DNA from: a virus | Virus record (IMG/VR): IMGVR_UViG_3300032116_000088 | Span: 26,668-90,667 of that record | Length of the DNA: 64,000 nucleotides | Direction: 5' to 3' (one strand) | Shown here: in pieces, positions 1 through 9,825 of the stretch | Layout of the letters: each line of letters starts with the position of its first letter | Numbering within the stretch: position 1 is the stretch's first letter | Notes under the pieces: model-generated | Seen by the model: the letters and a program-made list of their open reading frames with translations, nothing else | Told to the model about the DNA's origin: nothing | Databases searched by the model: none | Program-made: the position numbers and the translations under genes

Positions 1-274
1 TGTAGTGCAAAAAGAACTTATTGCTAATAATGACCGTAATGGTGCCGAGCAAACCACTATTCTTTTGCAGCATACAATTCTTGAAATTGATGGAAAGCCT
101 GTTATGGGTAAAGCTCAGGTTCAAGCAATTGGTTTAGCTGACCGTAAAAAAATTAGTGATGAAATTGTAAAGCGCCTTCCTGGCCCACAGTTTGAAGACA
201 TCGTAATTGACTGCCCTGATTGTGAAGGAAAGGTTGTGGTTCCAATTAATCTTGGAACTTTGTTTCGCCTGTAA
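1..274 (+). CDS. Tail assembly chaperone / T4 gp26-like baseplate hub assembly protein (5'-truncated by window)
   Basis: C-terminal CPDC zinc-ribbon half; lies two ORFs upstream of the tape measure gene. Confidence 0.55.
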   Translation, partial: VVQKELIANNDRNGAEQTTILLQHTILEIDGKPVMGKAQVQAIGLADRKKISDEIVKRLPGPQFEDIVIDCPDCEGKVVVPINLGTLFRL

Positions 275-296
275 AACATCAAACTATTATAAGTTA

Positions 297-428
297 ATGT
301 CTGATTGGATGGCATTATCTATAACGTTTACCGGATGGTCTTTAAATGAAATTAAAGAACTTTCGTATAAAGAAAGAAGCAACTGGCTAGAAATGGCTAG
401 AGCTGCTGGAAAACTAGTGAGGACTTAA
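297..428 (+). CDS. Small tail chaperone 'T'/gp51-like ORF, possibly a frameshift extension of the upstream gene
   Basis: GWSLNEIKELSYKER motif typical of ORFs before tape measures; frame open from 207; no clear SD before ATG297. Confidence 0.5.
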   Translation: MSDWMALSITFTGWSLNEIKELSYKERSNWLEMARAAGKLVRT

Positions 429-429
429 T

Positions 430-2997
430 ATGGCCGATAGCCTTCAAGGATTGATTGCTCAGCTTAAGCAGGCTGAGAAGGTCGTCGATTCATTAGTAAG
501 TAAGTCCGCAAAAGTTAATAATAACTTAAACGGAGGGTCTGGAGGACCCGGCAGCGGCGGAATGCCTTCAGCAAAAGACATGTCTGCCGCTATGGGTAAA
601 CGCACTGCTTTAAGGACTGGTGGTAATTTAGCTGCTGGTGCTGGTACTCGAATAGGAATGGGTTTACTTGGTCTTCAACAACCAAGTTCTTTTGACATTA
701 ATGGTGGTCCTGGCCAATTTGAGCGAATGCAGGAAATTAAACGCAATAACGAAGCTAAAATGGAGCGAATGAAAGACAGAGCTCAAACGGCTTATCTTGG
801 AATGCGTGGAATTAGTAATCGTAAAACACAAGTAATGTACGACAGCAATGGGGACCCCGTTTTAGATGCAAATGGGCAAGTTAAAATGCAGTCACGTTTT
901 TCTGCACTATCTCCAGCCGCTCAAACAAATATTACCAGCAGTATGTATGGTATTTCTGACACTTTAAAATTAATGCAAGGTATGCAAAATGCGTTTAATA
1001 CTTTCTTACCTAGTGTCGAAAAAACAATGGGAAGGGCAGCAAGCTACTATAACGCTGGAATTTATACTGGAACTGCTCCAGGAACTATACAAGACGCTAC
1101 TTTTGGCCGACTAAAAGCAATGTCTGCAATAACCTCTGTTGGTTCGGATGCTAAAGTTGCTCAGCTTCTTGCTAGTAGAGGGATGTCTGCTAATCAAAAA
1201 GTATATGGAACTACCATTAATACTATTGGTAATGCTGCCAGATATATGAATATTGCTAATGAAGAAGCTGCCGCATCTATTGAAGGATTAACTAATGCTA
1301 AAGGTGCCGCTGAGATGTTGCGAAACTTTGGTATTTATACTGCTGATTTAGCTACTGGAGAAGAAAAAAGCCAAGGACAAATTTTTGAAGAACTGGCTCA
1401 AAGACTTACGGCAGGTAGAGGCCAAGCTACACAAGAACAAACACTAAAGTCTATTCGTAGAGGCGCTCTAGGAGTAACTATTGACTCTTTCTTTGCTGGA
1501 GATAAACAGGGCGCTCAGATGTTTAAGCAGTATATGGTGGACAGGTCTAAGGGCGGCAATAATGTTGACTTATCTTCATCTACTGATGTTACTAGTGCTT
1601 TAAGTTCTAAAAATCCTTTGGCTGCACAAATGGCTGTTGATACATCAGCTACTGAAGCACTAGGTATGTCTCAAGAGCAATACATAAAAGGAATTAACCA
1701 AGCAAGCAATGCTCTTCAAGTATTAAATAAAGCAGCTGGTGGGTTAGCATCAGCTTTAGGTGCCAGCTCAGCCATGATTCAAACTTTGTTTGGGTCTGAT
1801 ACTGTTAAGGGACTAATTGGTGGAGCAAGTACTTTAATTGATTTTACTAGTAAAGGAATTGCTGGTATAGGTACTGCTTTGATGGGAATGGACGCATTAA
1901 ACCCTGCCCCTGCACTTGCTCAAGCGGGTATTATTGCTGGTAGTATGGGCCTAAGTCTAGGTGCTGCTGTTGCTACGACAGGAGTAGCACAACTAATCGG
2001 AGGATTTGGTGGATTTGGTGGTGGAAATACTGTCACTAGAAGTATTGGTGGAGTGGGTGATGGTGGCTCAGCCGGTAATTTATTTGATATGGGGCAAGTT
2101 GAATCTGGACATGGAGTTAACGAGGCTTTAGGAACTAAAAGAAGTGATGGAACGACTCACGGAGGAACTGATTACAACTACTCCTATGGAGATGCTGTAA
2201 AAGCTGTTGCAGACGGTGTTGTTACTGTAGCTGTAAACACCCACAAGTATCAAGACAATAGCGGACGTAGCATGGGAAACTACGTTTGTATTTTACACAC
2301 CGCTGCTGATGGAAAAGAATACACATCAATTTATGGACATCTGTCCGAAGTGTTTGTTTCAAAAGACCAAGTAGTTACTAAAGGTCAAACAATTGGTAAA
2401 GCAGGAAATACTGGAAATACTCGACCAAAAGCAACGAACTATGACCCTTATGCCGGTACTCATTTACACTTTGAAATTAGAGAAGGAAGACAAACTGTTG
2501 GTGGAGTAGGAAAATCAGTATCTCCTCAGGCAGCAAAAACAATTGGGTCTACTGGAGCATCAACACTGGGGTCTTCAAATACTCCAGGAGCTTCAACTTC
2601 TTTTGCCTTAGACCAAAAATTAACTCAAGAGCAGTTTACTGCGGCACAAAGTCAAATGGCAGTTCCTGGTAATGTCCAAGGAGCAATGACCGCATTGGCT
2701 GGAATATACTCTGGTGACACAGATAAAATATTAAGTTCTCTTCAAGCTATGTCTGCTGGAGTTGGAGTAACTCCTAGTAACTGGAAAGCAGGATTAAGTC
2801 AAAATCCGGCTATATATTCGGGTGCAGGACCTACTCCTGGAACACCTGGTCAGCCAAAACAAAATACTGTAAATAATAATGTGAGCATTGTTGTTCAAGT
2901 TCCGGATGTTACATCCGCTGATGCAGTTAAATTTGCTCAACTTGTAAAACAATACCTAGATGATAATTCATTGCTATCTAACACCGGAGGTATCTAG
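430..2997 (+). CDS. Tape measure protein with C-terminal M23 peptidase domain
   Basis: 855 aa Ala/Gly-rich helical protein; HGGTD (HxxxD), YGHL and HLHFE (HxH) M23 motifs. Confidence 0.85.
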   Translation: MADSLQGLIAQLKQAEKVVDSLVSKSAKVNNNLNGGSGGPGSGGMPSAKDMSAAMGKRTALRTGGNLAAGAGTRIGMGLLGLQQPSSFDINGGPGQFERMQEIKRNNEAKMERMKDRAQTAYLGMRGISNRKTQVMYDSNGDPVLDANGQVKMQSRFSALSPAAQTNITSSMYGISDTLKLMQGMQNAFNTFLPSVEKTMGRAASYYNAGIYTGTAPGTIQDATFGRLKAMSAITSVGSDAKVAQLLASRGMSANQKVYGTTINTIGNAARYMNIANEEAAASIEGLTNAKGAAEMLRNFGIYTADLATGEEKSQGQIFEELAQRLTAGRGQATQEQTLKSIRRGALGVTIDSFFAGDKQGAQMFKQYMVDRSKGGNNVDLSSSTDVTSALSSKNPLAAQMAVDTSATEALGMSQEQYIKGINQASNALQVLNKAAGGLASALGASSAMIQTLFGSDTVKGLIGGASTLIDFTSKGIAGIGTALMGMDALNPAPALAQAGIIAGSMGLSLGAAVATTGVAQLIGGFGGFGGGNTVTRSIGGVGDGGSAGNLFDMGQVESGHGVNEALGTKRSDGTTHGGTDYNYSYGDAVKAVADGVVTVAVNTHKYQDNSGRSMGNYVCILHTAADGKEYTSIYGHLSEVFVSKDQVVTKGQTIGKAGNTGNTRPKATNYDPYAGTHLHFEIREGRQTVGGVGKSVSPQAAKTIGSTGASTLGSSNTPGASTSFALDQKLTQEQFTAAQSQMAVPGNVQGAMTALAGIYSGDTDKILSSLQAMSAGVGVTPSNWKAGLSQNPAIYSGAGPTPGTPGQPKQNTVNNNVSIVVQVPDVTSADAVKFAQLVKQYLDDNSLLSNTGGI

Positions 2998-4355
2998 TGC
3001 CTACACTAATTACTGCTAGAGACAAAGCCAAAGCAGCTGCAGAGGACAGACAATCTGCTGTTCAAGAGTTTGCTGCCTTAACCACTTATGCTACTAAAGT
3101 TTCTAATCTAAAAAGGCAAATAACTGACGTTGATATTGAAATAGCGTCAACTACACAACAAATAAAGATTCTTAGAGATGCGGACCCTAATGGAACTGTT
3201 TACTCTGTTCAACAAGAAATAGACGTTCTAGAAAGTCAGTTAGCCCAATTAAAAAATGATAGAGGGGTTATCTCTTCTAAGCTAACTTCTTTAAATTTAT
3301 CTGTAAGTTTAAGTCAATCATTATCTAAACAAGAGTCTGGTATTAAAGCTAAAACTGATGCCAAAAAAATAACTAGTACAGGAACGGCTGCTTACAAGTC
3401 CATAAATAAGACTACATTTGCTCCTTTACAGTACAATGCTAGCTCGGTTAAAGAAGCATACTTTAGTACTAGAACAGACTTTATAAACAAAGTTATGCTG
3501 TCTCACAATCAACCAAGAGTAGTTCGTTCTGCTTCTGATTTATGGACTTCTGTTATTGCAAGTAAAGGAATGATTGTTACTTCAGAGCAAGTTTTAAAGG
3601 CGTGGAATTCTGGCTCAAATAAAGCACAATCAACAGACTATTTTGATAAACACAACTACGGATTCCAATTTCAATACAATCCAGGAACTGTTGCAATGAG
3701 CTATTTTACGTCACCAAACGTTGACGTAACTATGATTACCTCCGGTTCTGAAATGTTTAACTTAGCTGGTGTATCGGGTTCTCAAGGCTCTGTTTCTTTT
3801 CAAATTATTATAAATAGAATTTTTGATATGCAATATTATGATACTGACGGTAATTTGCGTAATCCAGAAAGATACTCCAAGAGGCCTGCAACAGTTCAGG
3901 AAGAAAAAGACATTTATAATAAAGGAACAATGTACGATTTAGAGTTCTTATTAAGAGTACTAATGGGAACTACTATGAGCAGCTACCTTCGAGGAGAAAA
4001 CACTGCTGATATGGGTTGGCTTCCTGCTATTCCTGTAGAACTTCATTTAGGTAAATCATTACGATACCTTGGAGTGGTTAATAGTTTGAGTGTAAATCAC
4101 ATTATTTTTAATGAAAGAATGGTTCCACTCTTTACCACTGTCGATATAGCCTTTGCTCGTTTGCCAGATTATCCGCCTGGAGGAACAAGCAGCAGTTCTG
4201 GTGGTCAACCAGGAGCCTGGTCTACTTCAACTTCAAATTCTGGAAATAATTCTGGGTCATCTGTTGGAAGTAGCGGAGGAAGTTTACCTGGAGGTACTTA
4301 CGATATGGGTAATCTTGGTGTTGGTGGCGGCTCAGGAAACCCTTACACAAATTAG
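2997..4355 (+). CDS. Tail/baseplate protein (coiled-coil N-terminus, tube-initiator-like domain)
   Basis: FQFQYNP motif and FNERMVP motif as in contractile-tail tube initiators; synteny. Confidence 0.55.
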   Translation: MPTLITARDKAKAAAEDRQSAVQEFAALTTYATKVSNLKRQITDVDIEIASTTQQIKILRDADPNGTVYSVQQEIDVLESQLAQLKNDRGVISSKLTSLNLSVSLSQSLSKQESGIKAKTDAKKITSTGTAAYKSINKTTFAPLQYNASSVKEAYFSTRTDFINKVMLSHNQPRVVRSASDLWTSVIASKGMIVTSEQVLKAWNSGSNKAQSTDYFDKHNYGFQFQYNPGTVAMSYFTSPNVDVTMITSGSEMFNLAGVSGSQGSVSFQIIINRIFDMQYYDTDGNLRNPERYSKRPATVQEEKDIYNKGTMYDLEFLLRVLMGTTMSSYLRGENTADMGWLPAIPVELHLGKSLRYLGVVNSLSVNHIIFNERMVPLFTTVDIAFARLPDYPPGGTSSSSGGQPGAWSTSTSNSGNNSGSSVGSSGGSLPGGTYDMGNLGVGGGSGNPYTN

Positions 4356-4364
4356 GAGACAGCA

Positions 4365-4640
4365 ATGATATATACAGATAGTAGATATGCAGATGGGTTA
4401 ATACTTAAAGCCCAAGATGCAAGAACTGAAACTTATAGGCTAGCGGTTTACCGTAAATTTCCTGATGCAAAGTTTCCGTTTTATTATTACACCTGGGTAC
4501 TTGGCGATAGAATTGATTTAGTTGCTAATGATTTATTAGGTAGTCCTAATTTTTGGTGGAAAATTATGGATGCTAATCCTGAAATTATTGACCCATTTTC
4601 AATCTCAATAGGTGCGACAATAAGGATTCCTAGTGTCTGA
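4365..4640 (+). CDS. LysM-like baseplate protein (tail X / gp53-like)
   Basis: GDRIDLVA...WWKIMDANPEI..P..I..G..IRIP. Confidence 0.8.
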   Translation: MIYTDSRYADGLILKAQDARTETYRLAVYRKFPDAKFPFYYYTWVLGDRIDLVANDLLGSPNFWWKIMDANPEIIDPFSISIGATIRIPSV

Positions 4641-5904
4641 TGTTTTTGTTGGTAAATATAGGAAAGGAACCAATACTTCGGTTTCTTTTCCTACTTTACC
4701 CTCTTTAAGTGCCCAACCAAGAAGAATTGACCTTATTCAAAAACAATACTCTCATGATGTTTTAGTATTAGAATACCCTGCAGAAAGCCTTTTATGGTTT
4801 GACTCACTAAAGACAGGGGTTCCTATTCAGTTTTCTTGGAACCAAAATACTCTATATAAAAATTGGATTGGATACGTGTCTTCTATTTCAAAAAACAATG
4901 CTCCTCAAAGAATGAACTCTATGAAAGTTGTTTGTGTTGGAAGCTCTTTTCCGTTAAAAGATAGGGTAGCTAGAGTATTTGAAGACTCCTCTATACCTAA
5001 TGCTGTTCGTAGAATTGTTGAAGAATACGGGTTTAGATATATTGGAGATGACAATGGCCAATTATTTTCTCAGCTAACTATAGCCGGTTTAACTTATTGG
5101 GAATGGATTGTTGAACAAGCTAAACGTATTGGATATGGGATTATAGTTGATGGCATGAACTTTATTTTTAAACCGATAGATAAGCTTATAGATTTTGGGT
5201 TTAGTAGTGCTGCGGTTCTTAGTATGGGAGATGCAACTATCCCTTTTAACTCTCAGGCTTTAGATAGGACTCTTGATATTTTTAATGTTATTAGCGGAGA
5301 TAACATAGAAGACACAGTTAATTTTAGAACAGTTAAAAATGTGGGTGGAGTTGACCCTGTACTAAACACCCCGTATTTTTCTGAAGCAAGTCCAGCTGAT
5401 ATTGGAAACGGTCTACGAAGCAATACTAGTGACGTTTTATTTTCAGAGTATAGAACAGATAGAGTTATTTCTAACTCATTATCAGCCAAAATTGAAGCAG
5501 AAGGTGCGGCAGAACTAGCAAGATTTAACTTACCAGCTAATATTATGGGTCAAGGAGACCCTAAAATTAGGCCATTTTCTACAGTATTTATTTCTGGAAC
5601 GGGTAATTTAACAGATGGTTTTTGGATTGTAAAAGAAGTTAAACATATGTTCCATAAAATTGGGGAATATATGATTGATTTAAAAATAGCCACAGATGGT
5701 TTAGGGGATACCATTGAAACTTCTTTTAGAACCAGGGATTCTTCTTCAGTTGGGCTTATAAACTCTTCAGAAGCAGTAAAAAATAACGGAATTTCGCCTG
5801 TTTATTTCAACATGGACGCCGTAGAGCTAAGTTCAACTGATATGATAGTAAAAGAAGGAAATCAAGGTTATAAAAGAACTATTCAGCAATGGAAGGCACG
5901 ATAG
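4633..5904 (+). CDS. Baseplate hub protein (gpD/gp27-like)
   Basis: GDPKIRP...G.G...DG.WIVKEVKH hub motif; synteny. Confidence 0.7.
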   Translation: MSDVFVGKYRKGTNTSVSFPTLPSLSAQPRRIDLIQKQYSHDVLVLEYPAESLLWFDSLKTGVPIQFSWNQNTLYKNWIGYVSSISKNNAPQRMNSMKVVCVGSSFPLKDRVARVFEDSSIPNAVRRIVEEYGFRYIGDDNGQLFSQLTIAGLTYWEWIVEQAKRIGYGIIVDGMNFIFKPIDKLIDFGFSSAAVLSMGDATIPFNSQALDRTLDIFNVISGDNIEDTVNFRTVKNVGGVDPVLNTPYFSEASPADIGNGLRSNTSDVLFSEYRTDRVISNSLSAKIEAEGAAELARFNLPANIMGQGDPKIRPFSTVFISGTGNLTDGFWIVKEVKHMFHKIGEYMIDLKIATDGLGDTIETSFRTRDSSSVGLINSSEAVKNNGISPVYFNMDAVELSSTDMIVKEGNQGYKRTIQQWKAR

Positions 5905-5913
5905 GAGTACAAA

Positions 5914-6321
5914 ATGGCTAATTCAGAAGTTGCTTTAAAGCTACCCCTGTCTTTAGATGAGTCAGGTAATTTACGTATTGCAACTACTCAAAAGGATATT
6001 TGGGCAGACAGAGTGCGTATTGCTCTTGGAACTAGAATAACTGAGCGAGTAATGCGTCCGGATTATGGGACAACTATAGGGGCGGCTCTTTTTGAAACTG
6101 TAAGCATTACTAGTGAAGCTATTACTAAAGAGATTAGAAGAGTATTTCACGAACAGTTTTCTCTGCTAACTTTAACCTCTGTTGTTCCTTCTTATAACGA
6201 AGCTTCAAGTACACTTACTATTACCGTAATCTATTTACTTCCTAATAAAGAAGAAGTAGTTACTGAAATAGGAGTAGTAACCGTTTCTAGCACAGCCAGC
6301 CCTTTTGAGGAGTTATCATGA
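5914..6321 (+). CDS. gp25-like baseplate wedge protein
   Basis: T...ERVMRPDYGT motif. Confidence 0.85.
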   Translation: MANSEVALKLPLSLDESGNLRIATTQKDIWADRVRIALGTRITERVMRPDYGTTIGAALFETVSITSEAITKEIRRVFHEQFSLLTLTSVVPSYNEASSTLTITVIYLLPNKEEVVTEIGVVTVSSTASPFEELS

Positions 6322-9300
6322 CAGCACCAGCAAATAAAGTCCCTTTATCAGTAGACTATACTGGTAGAGACTATTACTCTCTTAGAAATCAATTAATTGA
6401 GAGAGTTAAAGAAAGAACAAACAATAATTGGCAGGGAAATGACCCCGCTGATTTTGGTGTTGCTATTATTGAGTCATTTGCATATATGGGTGACTTGATT
6501 AACTACTATATTGATAGAGTTGCAAATGAATCGTACATTAAAACAGCAACTCAAAGAGATACCCTAATTAATCTAGCCAAAATGTATGGCTATACTCCAA
6601 CAAACTATGTTAGTTCGATTGTTGATTTACAGTTTTCAAGCACAAATGGCTATTACGGAAATATTGGAGCTGCAATTATTGAGTCTGGGGTAATTGGAGG
6701 AACTACATACACTAATTTAGCTAAAATTATTGTTCCTAATGACCAACCATTCTCTGTTGGAGATACTATTAGGGTAACTGGTATTCCTACTACTGTAAAT
6801 GGAACTATTGCAGATACTCCTGTTGTCTATAATACAAGTGTTTATAATGGACAATTTGTTGTAGAAAGTATTGGCTATAATAATATTGGTAGAAATGTTA
6901 TTTGGTACCAACCAAAAGCAACAATTAGCAACATTTCTTTAAGTGGAACAACTTTTACTGTTACTTCATCAGGCTCTTTAAATCCATTTGAGGGTCAAAA
7001 AATAAAAATAAGTGGAGTATCTGTTACTGGTTCTACTAATAATTACAATGGAAATTGGACTGTAGACTCTACAACTTCTGCAACTGATTTAGCTCCAGCA
7101 ACATTTACTGTTGATGCATCTCTAAACGCTGCAGATATTACTCATATTCATTCAGATGGAACCACTGTAAGGTTTTCGGCTTGGAATGACTTTATTGTGG
7201 GTCAAAAAATAAATGTTAGAGATGTAATTAGCTCTGACAATACAGGGGGTACAGCTGGTTCTGGATACAACTTTACTGGTGCTACCGTCTCTTTAGTTAA
7301 AACAATTGATGCTTTGGTTACTGGTGCCACTTTTAGTGGAACGGGTTCTGGACAAATAGTTACCTTTAAAACAAATAAAGAGTTTGCTATTAACGATATT
7401 ATAAGTATTACTGGGGTTAGAAGTGCTGGAAATCCGAATGCCACTGCAGATTTAGGGTTTAATTTTGAAGATACCATTGTAGCTAGTTCTGGTTATGATA
7501 GTGCAAATATTACAGACGTTCTTGGAAACATATCTAATACTGGTTTTATTACATTTACAACAGCTGCAGCGCACGGATTTTTTCCTGGGGAATACGTTAC
7601 AATTTCTGATGTGGAAAGTACATCGGGAGGAACAACAACTTCTGTTTACGATATGCAATCAGTAAAAATTATATCTACTCCTTCAGACACAACATTTAAG
7701 GTTGAAGGTTATTTTACAGATGAGTTTGTTTCTGGTGGAATTGCAAAAAGATATAAATTTACAGTTTCTGCGCCGGCTTCTGAGCGTGGCACAGATTCTT
7801 TACCTGCTGGTGGTCACATTACTTGTAGACAATTTGAGGTAACAAGTAGTCAAAATACAACTGTAACCAGTGTTTCTGGGGCAACCGCAACTGCACAAGT
7901 TGGGGGAACGTACAGTGCCGGTGGTACTGTTTACTACTCCGAACTTCCCGCGTTACTTGTAAATGGTCAAATTAGAGAATATGGTTTTGATGTTGTTCCA
8001 CAAGGAACCCAGGTTACAGCTCAAGTCACGGATGCCGGGTCAACCAGAACGCTTAGTTTTATTACCCAAAGTGACTCTATAGTTCCTTATAGAGGGTCTA
8101 CAGATACTCCTGTTTTAGCAATTCAGGGTGAAGACATCTCTTTGCGTGCAGAAAACTTGGCTGATTTATCTGCAGTATCGTATGATATTCCAGGTGAAAA
8201 ACTAGGATTTTCTAAAGGAACTCCTGACCAGTCCTTTTATTTAAAAGAGACTCAGGTTGATTTAAGCACTATTAAAGTTTATGTAGACAATGGCCTTGAA
8301 TTTGAAGAATGGCAACAAGTACAGCATATTCGTGATTATGCTGCTGGAGATAAAGTATTTGATGTTATTGTAGAATCTTCAAATAGAATTGCAATTAATT
8401 TTGGTGATGGGATTTCTGGTGCCATTCCTACCTCAGAGGCTACTATAAAAGCTACTTATATTTATGGTGGAGGAGTTATAGGAAATGTTGGTGCTGGAAC
8501 AATCACAACAATCGGAGATATTCCAGGCCTAACTCTTTCTGAGCAAACCTTATTAAGGTCAAAAATAACTGTAATAAATATGGCGGCTGCAGCCGGTGGT
8601 GCTGACCCAGAAACTAACGATAGCATTAGGTATAACACCCCACGTTCTTTAAGAAGTTTAAACAGGGCGGTTACTTTAGAAGATTTTGCTAATTTAGCAT
8701 TGACTGTTCCGGGTGTTGCAAAAGCAAATGCTACTGCAACAAACAGAAGTAACGTGACCGTGTACGTTGCTCCCGTACAATCCGGGTCATCGGATTTATA
8801 TCCTGGAATTATTGGTAACGTTGAAACAGGAATATATGAGATTACAACTCAATTAGACTATCTTTTAACTACTGGTGTTCCTGATTTTGTTAATGATAAA
8901 AAATCTATTGGAACAACCGTAACGTATTCTCAACCAACGTATACTAACATTTCCGCTGCAATAACATACTCTCCTTTGCCACAGTACTCAAGTGCAATTG
9001 TAGAAGCAAACCTAAAAGCTGCTTTAGTTACAGAGTTTTCTTTTAATGAGGTTCAATTTGCAGATGTAATTACTCCTGAAGAAATTGAGTTTAAACTTCG
9101 CCAAGTAAGCGGTGTAAGAAATGTTAAGATAACAAGCCTGTATAGACAAGGTGGCTCAGGCCGCAACAGCCTTGTCGGAACTCCTGATGAAATATTTGTA
9201 TTCCAAGAAAGCAATATTACATTAACAAAGGCACTGAGCTTATCTACATTAACTTCTTTGACCTTAGTTGCCAAAAATTCTTCTGGCAGTGTTGTTACTC

Positions 9301-9551
9301 CAGTAACTTTCTCAAAGACATTTAATTCTTCGGTTTATAACTATATAATTACTGTTCCAGCAACTACTGCATCACTAACTGTAACACCTACTTCAACAGA
9401 CAATACCGCATCTATAACCGTTAATGATGTTGAAATTAGTAGCGGAGATAGCTCTATAGTAACAACTCTAAACAACCCAATAATTATTACCGTTACTGCC
9501 AGTGATGGTATAACAGTAACTAGTTATGCATTAAACATTACAGGAATTTAA
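6318..9551 (+). CDS. Baseplate wedge protein (J/gp6-like) with inserted beta-rich repeats and C-terminal cadherin-like domain
   Basis: DYTGRDY..LR, FGDGISGAIP, GGADPET, RAVTLEDF motifs. Confidence 0.85.
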   Translation: MTAPANKVPLSVDYTGRDYYSLRNQLIERVKERTNNNWQGNDPADFGVAIIESFAYMGDLINYYIDRVANESYIKTATQRDTLINLAKMYGYTPTNYVSSIVDLQFSSTNGYYGNIGAAIIESGVIGGTTYTNLAKIIVPNDQPFSVGDTIRVTGIPTTVNGTIADTPVVYNTSVYNGQFVVESIGYNNIGRNVIWYQPKATISNISLSGTTFTVTSSGSLNPFEGQKIKISGVSVTGSTNNYNGNWTVDSTTSATDLAPATFTVDASLNAADITHIHSDGTTVRFSAWNDFIVGQKINVRDVISSDNTGGTAGSGYNFTGATVSLVKTIDALVTGATFSGTGSGQIVTFKTNKEFAINDIISITGVRSAGNPNATADLGFNFEDTIVASSGYDSANITDVLGNISNTGFITFTTAAAHGFFPGEYVTISDVESTSGGTTTSVYDMQSVKIISTPSDTTFKVEGYFTDEFVSGGIAKRYKFTVSAPASERGTDSLPAGGHITCRQFEVTSSQNTTVTSVSGATATAQVGGTYSAGGTVYYSELPALLVNGQIREYGFDVVPQGTQVTAQVTDAGSTRTLSFITQSDSIVPYRGSTDTPVLAIQGEDISLRAENLADLSAVSYDIPGEKLGFSKGTPDQSFYLKETQVDLSTIKVYVDNGLEFEEWQQVQHIRDYAAGDKVFDVIVESSNRIAINFGDGISGAIPTSEATIKATYIYGGGVIGNVGAGTITTIGDIPGLTLSEQTLLRSKITVINMAAAAGGADPETNDSIRYNTPRSLRSLNRAVTLEDFANLALTVPGVAKANATATNRSNVTVYVAPVQSGSSDLYPGIIGNVETGIYEITTQLDYLLTTGVPDFVNDKKSIGTTVTYSQPTYTNISAAITYSPLPQYSSAIVEANLKAALVTEFSFNEVQFADVITPEEIEFKLRQVSGVRNVKITSLYRQGGSGRNSLVGTPDEIFVFQESNITLTKALSLSTLTSLTLVAKNSSGSVVTPVTFSKTFNSSVYNYIITVPATTASLTVTPTSTDNTASITVNDVEISSGDSSIVTTLNNPIIITVTASDGITVTSYALNITGI

Positions 9552-9553
9552 TA

Positions 9554-9823
9554 ATGATAAAAGACTCTTATGGTAATGCTAGATTTTATGGGGTCTACCG
9601 TGGCGTAGTTTTTGATAATAACGATAAACAAAATCTTAAAAGACTACGCCTCCAGGTCCCACAAATTTTAGCCGACCAGCCAACTCATTGGGCATGGCCT
9701 GTGGAAACTCCTGGAGTAGCCACAAACACGCCTAAAATTGGGCAGGGAGTTTGGGTAATGTTTGAGGGTGGTGACCCCTCCTATCCTATCTGGCTAGGAG
9801 TTTTTGGTACTGAGGTGGTTTAA
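9554..9823 (+). CDS. Baseplate spike gp5/V OB-fold protein (short)
   Basis: YRGVVFDNND...RLRLQVP...WAWP...P.IGQGVWVMFEGGDPSYPIWLG. Confidence 0.85.
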   Translation: MIKDSYGNARFYGVYRGVVFDNNDKQNLKRLRLQVPQILADQPTHWAWPVETPGVATNTPKIGQGVWVMFEGGDPSYPIWLGVFGTEVV

Positions 9824-9825
9824 TT

